In this document: piece by piece, positions 1 through 7,910 of the stretch
How the letters are laid out: each line of letters opens with the position of its first letter
How positions within the stretch are numbered: position 1 is the first letter of the stretch
Source of the DNA: a candidate division WOR-3 bacterium
Lineage (GTDB): Bacteria > Hydrothermota > Tepidihabitantia > Tepidihabitantales > Tepidihabitantaceae
Assembly: GCA_965648935.1 (NCBI GenBank)
Contig: CBFGIY010000029.1
Location: 1-27,646 of the forward strand
Reading direction: 5' to 3'
Length of the DNA: 27,646 nt
Translations under genes and position numbers: made by a program
Notes under the pieces: model-generated
What the model saw: the letters and a program-made list of their open reading frames with translations, nothing else
Database searches by the model: none
What the model was told of the DNA's origin: nothing

Positions 1-1
1 C

Positions 2-19
2 AAGCTGGTAATCGAGTAA
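2..19 (+). CDS. 3' end of an upstream gene (…KLVIE*), truncated by the window edge; possibly another C-terminal sorting-domain protein
   Basis: aag ctg gta atc gag taa is followed by a terminator-like hairpin. KLVIE* resembles the last strand of T9SS-like CTDs. Only 5 codons are visible. Confidence 0.35.
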   Translation, partial: KLVIE

Positions 20-37
20 CTGGACACGGACAGCAAA

Positions 38-70
38 CGGCGGCGGGTGATGAGCCCGCCGCCGGTCTTT
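38..70 (+). terminator. Probable intrinsic terminator
   Basis: 10-bp stem CGGCGGCGGG (38-47) / CCCGCCGCCG (55-64), 7-nt loop, followed by GTCTTT. Confidence 0.55.
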
Positions 71-83
71 GCCGTAGCCCGGC

Positions 84-112
84 TTGACACTACGTGCCCA
101 AATGACCAGAAT
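84..112 (+). promoter_or_regulatory. sigma70-type promoter for the beta-propeller gene
   Basis: TTGACA-17 nt-CAGAAT. SD AAGGAG lies upstream of ATG 163. Confidence 0.6.
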
Positions 113-162
113 GGCGCAGGGTCGGAACGCGGCCTGCGGGCCGCAGAGAAAGGAGTCCGGGT

Positions 163-1761
163 ATGAATCGCACGCCAGTCCTGCTCGCGGCATTGCTCGC
201 AGCAGCATCCGGCACAGCCGCCGGTCTCGCCGCACGCGTCATCCGCTACAACGGCCCGGCCAACGGCCGCGACTACGCCGCCGACGTCGCGGTCGGACCG
301 GATGGCAGCGTCTATGTCGCCGGTACCAGCACCGGCGAAGGCACGGGACTGGACTTCACGGTCCTGTGTTTCTCGCCTGAGGAGTCGCTGCGCTGGGCCT
401 GCCGGTGGAATCGCTCGGGCAGCTCGGACGATGTCGCCCGCGCCATCGCGGTCGGGCCGGACGGCAATATCTACGCGGCCGGGTTCACGGTCGCGCAAGT
501 GCCCTATTACGATGTCGCGGTCCTGAGCCTGACCCCGGACGGCGCGCTGCGCTGGGCCCAGGTCCACGCCGGCGAGGGCGGCGGCGAGGATTCGGCCTGC
601 GCGATAGCGATCGACGCCGACAACAACATCTACACCGCCGGGGTCGGCGACGACATCTTCGGCGAGAACCTCGAGTTTTCCGTGCTCAGCTTCGAGCCCG
701 ACACCGGCGGCCTGCGCTGGGTTTATGTCGCCAGCGCCGACTACATTGACGGCGGAACCGACATCGCGGTCGGGCCGGACTCGACGGTCTTCGCCTCGGG
801 CCAGCTCTGGTGGGGCGCATCCCCGGCCGTGTACGCGGTTGCTGCGGTCAACACGGCCGACGGGTCCGAGCGCTGGCTTCACACGCTGCGGCGCGGCAAC
901 GACGACTCGGGCGCCAATGGCATCGCCTGCTCCGGCGACCGGGTGTACGCGGCCGGATTCGCCGGCGGCAGCAGTTACCACGACTTCACCGTTACCGCGC
1001 ACAGCGCCGACACCGGCGGCCGCGACTGGGCGTGGTACTACAGCGCCGGCACGGGCAAGTCGGACAGGGCCTTCGACGTCGCGGTCGGGCCGGACGGCAA
1101 CATCTATGCCTGCGGCCGGACAATCGACGATACCATCATGCAGCGCTTCTCCGTCGTTTCGATCGCTCCCGACGGCGCGGGCCGCTGGATCTATGCCGAC
1201 ACCACCGGCCCGTGGGGTCGATTCGAAGCGGCCGAGGCGCTGGTTGTCGGCCCGGACAGCCGGGTCTACGCGGCAGGCTGGCGCGACGCCGGCTGGCCGT
1301 ACACGGCCGACGAGGCGGTGGTCCAGTGCCTCGACAGCGCCGGGGTCCTGCAGTGGGTCTACCGTTTCGACAACATTCGCGACTCGGTTGACCTCGTCGA
1401 AGCCATCGCCCTCGGCACCAACGGCCGGGTGTATGCCGTCGGTTCGAGCTACGAGAACTGGTCCAGGCAGGATATGCTCATCCTCTGCCTTGACGCCACG
1501 CCCCCGGGTGTCGTCGAAGGCGGCACGCCCCCTGCCCCGCGCCCGATGCTCAATCCGTCGGTTGTCCGGGGCGTGCTGATGCTGCCCGGGTCAGGCGCGA
1601 TGCGTGAAGCTTCCGGCGCGCTGCTCGATGCCGCCGGCCGGCGCGTGATGGCCCTCGCGCCCGGGCCGAACGATGTCTCCCGGCTCGCCCCGGGCGTCTA
1701 TTTCGTCAGCATCGCAGGGCCGGCAGGCCGGGTCACGGCCCGGACCCTGATTCTGAACTGA
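163..1761 (+). CDS. Secreted beta-propeller repeat protein (SBBP-like repeats) with a C-terminal T9SS/FlgD-like sorting domain
   Basis: N-terminal signal peptide. About 8 repeats of 'D.A.DIAVGPDGNIYAAG…DF.V.S…G..RW.Y'. C-terminus 'PSVVRGVLML…LLDAAGRRVMALAPGPNDVSRLAPGVYFV…RTLILN'. Strong GC3 bias. Confidence 0.85.
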   Translation: MNRTPVLLAALLAAASGTAAGLAARVIRYNGPANGRDYAADVAVGPDGSVYVAGTSTGEGTGLDFTVLCFSPEESLRWACRWNRSGSSDDVARAIAVGPDGNIYAAGFTVAQVPYYDVAVLSLTPDGALRWAQVHAGEGGGEDSACAIAIDADNNIYTAGVGDDIFGENLEFSVLSFEPDTGGLRWVYVASADYIDGGTDIAVGPDSTVFASGQLWWGASPAVYAVAAVNTADGSERWLHTLRRGNDDSGANGIACSGDRVYAAGFAGGSSYHDFTVTAHSADTGGRDWAWYYSAGTGKSDRAFDVAVGPDGNIYACGRTIDDTIMQRFSVVSIAPDGAGRWIYADTTGPWGRFEAAEALVVGPDSRVYAAGWRDAGWPYTADEAVVQCLDSAGVLQWVYRFDNIRDSVDLVEAIALGTNGRVYAVGSSYENWSRQDMLILCLDATPPGVVEGGTPPAPRPMLNPSVVRGVLMLPGSGAMREASGALLDAAGRRVMALAPGPNDVSRLAPGVYFVSIAGPAGRVTARTLILN

Positions 1762-1778
1762 CCGATCCGCAAGGATGC

Positions 1779-1810
1779 GCGCGGCGGCGGGGCCTCTCCT
1801 GCCGCCGCGC
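1779..1810. terminator. GC-rich hairpin after the propeller gene, in the gap between convergent genes
   Basis: 13-bp stem GCGCGGCGGCGGG / CCTGCCGCCGCGC with one G-U pair. No clear U-tract. Confidence 0.4.
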
Positions 1811-2060
1811 AACTCCACGACCTGGCATCGAGAATATCCGCCCATCCGCATAGGCTGATGCCCTGATTATATTGCCAGGCTAAATCCGCGCCGGGGCCGC
1901 GGCCCGACCCAAGCCCTGCCCTGCCAACCGGTTATCGGGAATCCGGCGTTCTGACCCCTCCCGTCCCCGGGGCGGCCTGTCAGCGGGCGCCAGCCTGCCC
2001 CGCAGCTTCCACGGACCAGGGCCTCGTTGGGAAGACAACAGGCCGGACACGGCCGCGCGC

Positions 2061-2999
2061 CTAACGGGCGAGGCGTATGGCGAGGCGGATTGCCGCCAGC
2101 ATCGAGCCGGGGCGCGCGAGGCCCTTGCCCGCGATGTCGAAAGCGACCCCATGCAGGGGCGAGGTGCGGATTCGGCCGAGCCCGAGCGTAGCGTTCACGC
2201 CGGAGTCCCGGCCGAGCAGTTTGGCCGGTATCATCGCCTGGTCGTGGTACATCGCGACAAACCCCGCATAGCGCGCCGCTGCGGCGACCGCGGCGTCGGC
2301 AGGAATCGGGCCGACGCAGTTGGTGCCCTCGGCGCGCGCCGCGGTCACCGCCTCGGCGATCCAGTCCTCCTCGCCGAGCGAAAACTCGCGCGCGTGCGGG
2401 TTGAACGCCAGCACGCCGATGGCGGGCCGCTTCACGGCCGGCGCCTCGCGCCTGAGGAACTCGTCGAGCAGGCGAATCTTCTCCAGCACCGCGTCGGGCG
2501 TGATGTGGCGGCTGGCGTGGGCCAGCGGCAGGTGAATCGTGACGAACACGGCCTTGAAGCGCGGGGTCCACGCGAGCATCGCGGTGTGGCGCGCGCCGAG
2601 CCGGCTGGCAAGAAACTCGGTCTGGCCGGGAAAGGAGAAACCGGCCAGGCGCAGCGATTGTTTGGACACCGGCGCGGTCACGAGCGCGCTGACCTGGCCG
2701 TTCTTCAGCAGGTGCGCGCCCATCTCGAGCCCGAGCAGCGCGGTCGCGCCGCAGTTCTTCTGCGCCTTGCCGTAGTCGAACCGGCCCGGGGGTTGCAGCG
2801 CGTCGTCGACGAGCCCGAGGTCGACGCGCGTCTTGAGCTGGCGCTGGACGCGCTCGAACACTGAAAGCGGGCCGATGATGCGCGGCTTGAGTCCGGGCAG
2901 GCGCTCAAGCGCCTTCAGGATTATCTCCGGCCCGATGCCGGCCGGGTCGCCGCAGGTGATGCCGATGGGCGGCCGGCCGGCCGGGAAACGGGAAGCCAT
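2061..2999 (-). CDS. pdxA: 4-hydroxythreonine-4-phosphate dehydrogenase (PdxA family)
   Basis: Motifs ITCGDPAGIGPEI, LVTAPVSK, FPGQTEFL, VTIHLPL, NPHA.E, GPIPAD, AMYHDQ, NATLGL..IRTSP.HG.AFDIAGKG. Confidence 0.92.
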   Translation of the reverse strand: MASRFPAGRPPIGITCGDPAGIGPEIILKALERLPGLKPRIIGPLSVFERVQRQLKTRVDLGLVDDALQPPGRFDYGKAQKNCGATALLGLEMGAHLLKNGQVSALVTAPVSKQSLRLAGFSFPGQTEFLASRLGARHTAMLAWTPRFKAVFVTIHLPLAHASRHITPDAVLEKIRLLDEFLRREAPAVKRPAIGVLAFNPHAREFSLGEEDWIAEAVTAARAEGTNCVGPIPADAAVAAAARYAGFVAMYHDQAMIPAKLLGRDSGVNATLGLGRIRTSPLHGVAFDIAGKGLARPGSMLAAIRLAIRLAR

Positions 3000-3011
3000 C
3001 GCGCCGGTCTC

Positions 3012-3920
3012 CTAGTAGTGGCTCAGGGTCCCGGAGCGGCGCGTGTAGCGGTCGATGACCGCGAAGATGACCAGCCCGAAGGCTACCCAGACGACCGAGA
3101 GGATGCCAACGCGCAGGAAAGCCTGCCCGACCGTGAACCCGATCTGCTCGCCGGTGAGCGCGTGGCGCACGACGAGGATGCCGTAGGTGGTGGGCACGGC
3201 CAGCGCCGCCTTCTGCATGAACAGCGGCAGGACCGCGAGCGGGTAGGCGATGGGCGTGATGACCACGAGGATGCTGCCCAGCGCCTCGGAGATTATCCAG
3301 CCCTGCTTGAAGATGAGCGTGGTCGAGGCCATTATCATCCCGATGCCGTAGAGTGCCACCAGCATCAGCCCGACGATGCCCAGCGCGGGCAGCAGCCCCG
3401 CCGGGTTGATGGTAATCGAAAACACCAGCGCGATGAAGACTATCTGGCAGGCAATCATCAGCATCTGGTGCAGTATCGAGTGGGCCGACATTCCCATCGT
3501 GAACACCCAGCGCGGCACCGGCGCGGCGAACACCGACTCGAGCGTGCCGTACATCTGCTCCTTGCGCAGGGAGAAGCCCATCGCCCAGAGCGCCATGTTC
3601 AGGAAGCCGATGAAGACGTAGCCGAGCGTGACGAAGGTGACTAGGTCCGAGGTGCCGACGAGCTTCTGCAGGTTGGGCGACTCGCGCCCGCCGACCAGCG
3701 CCACGCCGTAGAGCAGGTAGGGCAGCAGATAGACGACCGGGTCGATGAGCGAGCGGGCGAAGTCGGCCGGGTAGGTCAGCTCGAGCTTCCATTCCTTGAT
3801 GTTCTCGGCCCAGACCGCGTGGGCGTAGTGGCGCAACCGGCCGAAGAATGTCGAATTCCGAATGTCGAATTCCGAAACAGGTGCCCGGTCATTCGTCATT
3901 CGAGTTTCGGGTTTCGTCAT
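3012..3920 (-). CDS. ABC-2 type exporter permease; the N-terminal ~25 aa derive from a heptamer repeat
   Basis: About 6 TM segments, 'LRKEQMYGTLESVFAAPVPR' ABC-2 motif, 'YPLAVLP..MQ..AL.VPTTY'. Confidence 0.88.
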   Translation of the reverse strand: MTKPETRMTNDRAPVSEFDIRNSTFFGRLRHYAHAVWAENIKEWKLELTYPADFARSLIDPVVYLLPYLLYGVALVGGRESPNLQKLVGTSDLVTFVTLGYVFIGFLNMALWAMGFSLRKEQMYGTLESVFAAPVPRWVFTMGMSAHSILHQMLMIACQIVFIALVFSITINPAGLLPALGIVGLMLVALYGIGMIMASTTLIFKQGWIISEALGSILVVITPIAYPLAVLPLFMQKAALAVPTTYGILVVRHALTGEQIGFTVGQAFLRVGILSVVWVAFGLVIFAVIDRYTRRSGTLSHY

Positions 3921-3922
3921 TG
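3846..3922. repeat. 11 x 7-nt periodic tract with two complementary arms (hairpin-forming)
   Basis: GAATGTC GAATTCC GAATGTC GAATTCC GAAACAG GTGCCCG GTCATTC GTCATTC GAGTTTC GGGTTTC GTCATTG. On the minus strand it encodes MTKPETRMTNDRAPVSEFDIRNSTF. Confidence 0.8.
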
Positions 3923-3923
3923 C

Positions 3924-4754
3924 CTAGTGCATTCCTACCGTCCCGTCCTTGCGGGTCTTGCGCTCGAGCCACGCGAAGATGAAGTACCCGGTTACCAGGA
4001 GGACCGCGTCCATCACCAGCAGCACCGCGACCGTTCGACTCAGGCTGACCTCGTTGCGCCCGAGCATTATGATGCCGCGGATGGCCACCAGGGCCCAGGT
4101 CAGCGGGATGAGCGTCGAGACAATCTTCGTGATTGCGTTGACCTGCACCGGGTAGCGGATGGGCGAGAACAGGAAGAACACCCACTCCAGCGTGTGAACC
4201 CATCCGTGGACTTCCTTGATGAGCAGGGTGAACCCGGCGAACGCGATGGCGAAGCCGTAGAACCCCAGCATCAGCAGGCCGACGAGCAGCAGGACCGGCA
4301 GGATCTTGGCCAGCGTCAGGTGGATGCCGAACGGCAGGATGCTGATGATGACCGCCTGCAGGGCGACGATGATGGTGGTCAAAAGCGCCTCGGCCAGGGT
4401 CTTGCCGATGAGGATGACCAGCGGGTTGGTCGGCGATGCGATGATGTACTCCATCGTGCCCCAGTAGGTCTCCTCGCGCAGGGAGTTGCCCACTCCCCAC
4501 AGCCCTGAGAAGACGAAGTTCGACACCATCGCGCCGATGAGCACGAACGCCATGTAGTTGCCCGAGCCGGTGAGCGCGCGGAACGCCTCCGAATCCATCG
4601 AGCCGACCAGGGCCCGGCCCTGGAACACGAACGGCACCACCCACAGCATCGGGAATATCGCCCAGAACGCGACCATTATCGGGTAGGAGAGGTAAATGCG
4701 CCAGGTCTTGACCATCTCGGCCCGGATAACGGCTGCCGTCGCGGCAAAGCTCAT
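3924..4754 (-). CDS. ABC-2 type exporter permease
   Basis: Hydrophobic. 'LREETYWGTMEYIIASPTNP..ILIGK' motif and 'FSPIRYPV…LIPLTWAL..IRGI'. Paralog of the adjacent permease. Confidence 0.9.
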   Translation of the reverse strand: MSFAATAAVIRAEMVKTWRIYLSYPIMVAFWAIFPMLWVVPFVFQGRALVGSMDSEAFRALTGSGNYMAFVLIGAMVSNFVFSGLWGVGNSLREETYWGTMEYIIASPTNPLVILIGKTLAEALLTTIIVALQAVIISILPFGIHLTLAKILPVLLLVGLLMLGFYGFAIAFAGFTLLIKEVHGWVHTLEWVFFLFSPIRYPVQVNAITKIVSTLIPLTWALVAIRGIIMLGRNEVSLSRTVAVLLVMDAVLLVTGYFIFAWLERKTRKDGTVGMH

Positions 4755-4759
4755 CCGAG

Positions 4760-4835
4760 GAATCTCCGATGTGCGATTGCCGATTGTCGATCTGACCGGT
4801 CAGATCGGAGAACGGAAATCGGCGATTGGCGATGT
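4760..4835. repeat. Intergenic 7-nt periodic palindromic tract
   Basis: GAATCTC CGATGTG CGATTGC CGATTGT CGATCTG accggt CAGATCG GAGAACG GAAATCG GCGATTG GCGATGT. It contains the perfect 20-bp palindrome CGATCTGACCGGTCAGATCG (4788-4807). Confidence 0.75.
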
Positions 4836-4844
4836 GCTCTCACA

Positions 4845-5864
4845 CTATTGCGCGTTGGGCTTCGCCTCACTCGTGTCCGCGCCGAGCGAAGTCCCGGTGA
4901 CGTAGAGAAACACGTCCTCCAGCGTCGGCTGCTTCACCTCGATGCCGAGAATCTTCGACGACTGGCGCAGGTGCTCGATGACATCGGAGAGAATCGCCTC
5001 GGCGCGCGGGGCCACGACCTTCAGTTTGGTCACGCCGTCGATGAACTCGGCCGCGACCCGCTCGACCCCGGTCAGTTTCTCGATGGGCGCGGTGTCGGGC
5101 CGGCCCTGGCAGCGCACCTCCAGCACCTCGGTGTGCGGGATGTCGCGCTTGTACTGGGCCGGCGGCTTGCAGTCGACGATCTTGCCCTTGTTGATGAACG
5201 CGATGCGGTCGCAAAGCTCGTCGGCTTCGTCCATGTAGTGCGTGGTCAGCAGGATGGTCTTGCCCTGCTTGCGGTTCAGCTCGTCCTTGATGAAGCCGCG
5301 GATGAACCGGGCAAACTGCGGGTCGAGCCCGAGCGACGGCTCGTCCAAGAGAATCAGCTCGGGGTCGTGCAGGATGGCGCGGGCGAGGCTCACCTTCTGC
5401 TTCATTCCCGACGAGTAGCGCTCGAGCCGCTCGCGCTCGACGTCTTTCAGACCGAGCAGTTCAATGAGGTAGTCGATCCGTTTGTCGCGGGCCTTGCCGG
5501 TCAGGCCGTAGAGTGCGGCGAAGAAGTTGAGGTTGTCGCGCGCCGAGAGCTTCCAGTAGAGCGTTCTCTCGCCCGAGGTCAGAAGGCCGGTGCGCGCCCG
5601 GCAGTACATCGAGTCCTTGAACGCGTCGCGGCCGAGCGCGGTGATCGTGCCCTCGTCGGGAATCAGCAGGGTGGCGATGCAGCGCACCAGCGTGGTCTTG
5701 CCCGCGCCGTTGGGGCCGAGGAGGCCGAAAAGCTCGCCGCGCTTTATCTGCAGGTCGGCGCCGTCCACCGCGCGCGTTACCTTCTTCTTCAGGCCCCGGC
5801 CGCGGCGGAAGTTCTTCACGACCGCCCGGCAGTCCAGGGCCAGTTCGCTCATCTTGTCGTTCAT
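4845..5864 (-). CDS. ABC transporter ATP-binding protein (DrrA/ABC-2 exporter type)
   Basis: Walker A GPNGAGKTT, signature YSSGMKQK, Walker B LILLDEPSLGLDP, H-loop TTHYMDEA, C-terminal PTLEDVFL..TG. Confidence 0.95.
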   Translation of the reverse strand: MNDKMSELALDCRAVVKNFRRGRGLKKKVTRAVDGADLQIKRGELFGLLGPNGAGKTTLVRCIATLLIPDEGTITALGRDAFKDSMYCRARTGLLTSGERTLYWKLSARDNLNFFAALYGLTGKARDKRIDYLIELLGLKDVERERLERYSSGMKQKVSLARAILHDPELILLDEPSLGLDPQFARFIRGFIKDELNRKQGKTILLTTHYMDEADELCDRIAFINKGKIVDCKPPAQYKRDIPHTEVLEVRCQGRPDTAPIEKLTGVERVAAEFIDGVTKLKVVAPRAEAILSDVIEHLRQSSKILGIEVKQPTLEDVFLYVTGTSLGADTSEAKPNAQ

Positions 5865-5875
5865 AGAGATTGGCT

Positions 5876-5904
5876 ATCATAAGGGCGCAGACCCGAAAGG
5901 TCAA
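5876..5904 (-). promoter_or_regulatory. sigma70-type promoter of the ABC/pdxA operon (very short leader)
   Basis: Minus strand TTGACC-17-TATGAT, 11 nt before ATG 5864. Confidence 0.65.
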
Positions 5905-6430
5905 ATGGGCGGTTCACAGACCGCTGGAGCCGACGCGCGCCTTGGCTGGTCCGGCAAACCCCGGCACAACCTGTAGTGGTGGGCAACAGAAGACCACTAG
6001 AAACTGCTTGATCAGGCGATTTACGGAATCGCGGCTTGAGTGATTCGGTATCTGCTCGACCGCGTGCGGGTTGCGTCGAACAGGGCGCGGGGCGGGCAGA
6101 TTCTGCTGAATCCCGCGGCCGCGTTTGGGCTACTAACTGATAGTAGTAGGCGGTGCTGGCGGCTCGCGCTGAGTATCCCAATCCGTTTCTGCCCAAAATC
6201 TGACGATCAGCCCGGTTCGGCGCACCAGACCGCGCCGAGCCCGCGCCTTTGCTGTCGGCTGTCGGCCGCAGCACTGGCGGTCGTCAGGGGGCAGTTCGGT
6301 CCGGGTCGGGCAGTCATCTGTCATCTGGTGGGATGGGAAGGATATGACCGGTTTGGCAGAACGGCCGGCTTCAACAGCAGGCATCCGGAAAGGTTCGATG
6401 GCCGAGAAACCCAGGAAACGGAGGTAGTCT

Positions 6431-7849
6431 ATGGGCGAAACGCAGGCAGAGAAGAAGACCTTGATGGGGGGATACAGCTCGCTGACCGAGTACCTGGACG
6501 GGCTGCGCCGGGTGGTGCGGGCGCGGCTGGAGTTGAACGCGTGCCTCTTCGGCACCCCTGACCCGGAATGCGGCGCGCGGCCGGTGTTCCCGCCGGACGG
6601 CGACGCCGCAGACATCATTTTCGAGGCGGCCAAGCAGGAGTTGCGCGACGCAACCGACGAACACCATTACCGCGCCGAGCGCGCGAGCCGCGAGGGCATC
6701 GTGCTGCCGCTGGACGAACTGGCCAGAGAGCACGAATTGACCGCGCCGGAGCGCCGGCTGGTGGAGGTGCTGCTGGTCGATATGACCGACCTCAGCCGCG
6801 ACCGGAGCGAGCCGGTCTGCCTCGGGACGGTCGCGCGCTACCTCGGCGACTGGGACCGGGCTGCGACGCAGGAGTTCCTCAATCTGGTTCTGCCGGAGAG
6901 CAGGCTCGTCGCGCGCGGGTTGGTGTGCGTGCGGCGCGGCTCGGTCGCGAGCCGCTGGTCGGCGTACGTGAGCCGGCAGGCGTTCGAAAAGCTGTTCGAG
7001 GCAGGCGAGGCGCCGGCGCCGGCCCCCGTGCCTGCGCGCGCGCCTGCCGCCGACTTGAGGGCATTCCTCGCCGGGCGCGGCGTGGTGCTGGAACCCGCGG
7101 CGCTGGACGCGCTGGACCTGCTCTGGGCCGAGGTGCTTTTCGGCGAGCGGGTGATGAAGGAGTGGGGTTTTGCCGGAGGCGGCGCGACCCGCTCGATTGC
7201 CGCGCTCTTTCACGGCCCTTCGGGAACGGGCAAGACGATGACCGCTCAGGCAATCGCCGACGCGCTGGGCTGTGAGCTTTCCATCGCAAGCTATGCCGAG
7301 GTCTTCGACAAGTACGTCGGTGAGACCGAGAAAGCAATCGTGCGGCTGTTTGATGAGGCGCGCCGGAAGTCGGCGGTGCTTCTGGTCGACGAGGCCGATG
7401 CCCTGGTCGGCCATCGCGGCACCATCGACCGCGCGGTTGACCGCCATCTCAATGGCGAGGTGAACACGTTTCTGATGGAACTGGAGCGGCACGGCGGGGT
7501 GGTTATCCTGACGACCAACCACACGGACCTGCTCGATTCGGCGCTGGAGCGTAGAATCAGACACAAGGTGCTGTTTGCCGCGCCCTGTTCAGAGGCGCGG
7601 GCCAGGATATGGCGCTCGCGGATTCCGGCGAGTGCGCCGCTGGCCGGGGATGTCGACTTCGCGGCGCTGGCCGAGGAATTCGAGCTCACCGGCGGGCAGA
7701 TTGCCAATGCCGCGCTCGTGGCGGCGTACAGCGCGGCGCGGCGGTCCGAACCCGGCGCGGCGGGGATAACGCAGGCCGAACTGCGCTCCGCGGCGCAGCG
7801 GGAAGCGGCCGGGTATGGCGGGGTGAAGGCCCGCTCGGTCGGGTTCTAG
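6431..7849 (+). CDS. AAA+ ATPase (single AAA module, N-terminal helical/winged-helix-like region)
   Basis: SD GGAGGT. Walker A GPSGTGKT, 'DKYVGETEK', Walker B VLLVDEAD, sensor-1 TTN, Arg finger LDSALERR, lid 'FELTGGQIANA', ends in 'VGF'. Confidence 0.9.
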   Translation: MGETQAEKKTLMGGYSSLTEYLDGLRRVVRARLELNACLFGTPDPECGARPVFPPDGDAADIIFEAAKQELRDATDEHHYRAERASREGIVLPLDELAREHELTAPERRLVEVLLVDMTDLSRDRSEPVCLGTVARYLGDWDRAATQEFLNLVLPESRLVARGLVCVRRGSVASRWSAYVSRQAFEKLFEAGEAPAPAPVPARAPAADLRAFLAGRGVVLEPAALDALDLLWAEVLFGERVMKEWGFAGGGATRSIAALFHGPSGTGKTMTAQAIADALGCELSIASYAEVFDKYVGETEKAIVRLFDEARRKSAVLLVDEADALVGHRGTIDRAVDRHLNGEVNTFLMELERHGGVVILTTNHTDLLDSALERRIRHKVLFAAPCSEARARIWRSRIPASAPLAGDVDFAALAEEFELTGGQIANAALVAAYSAARRSEPGAAGITQAELRSAAQREAAGYGGVKARSVGF

Positions 7850-7863
7850 TCTCTCGGGCCTGA

Positions 7864-7910
7864 GTGAACGCGCGGGCGCGGGGCGGCTAGGCCCCGCGCC
7901 CGCGGTTCAC
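7864..7910. terminator. Long hairpin at the convergent AAA/GT4 junction (possible bidirectional terminator)
   Basis: GTGAAC-g-CGCGGGCGCGGGGC (7864-7884) pairs with GCCCCGCGCCCGCG-GTTCAC (7891-7910). The GT4 stop codon lies in the loop. Confidence 0.5.

Noticed and set aside
280..1280. Recurring GCGGTCGGGCCGGAC(GGC) DNA repeats as a possible CRISPR array or DGR template
   Set aside because: They are the codons of the AVGPDG blade motif inside the propeller CDS. The spacing (~150-300 nt) matches protein repeats, and no cas or RT gene is present.
5964..5979. NrdR-box-like GCACAACCTGTAGTGG
   Set aside because: It has central mismatches, no convincing second box, and no nucleotide-reduction genes adjacent.
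6040..6561. 173-aa ORF upstream of the AAA ATPase
   Set aside because: It has no SD, no codon bias and no recognisable domain, and it overlaps the ATPase out of frame.
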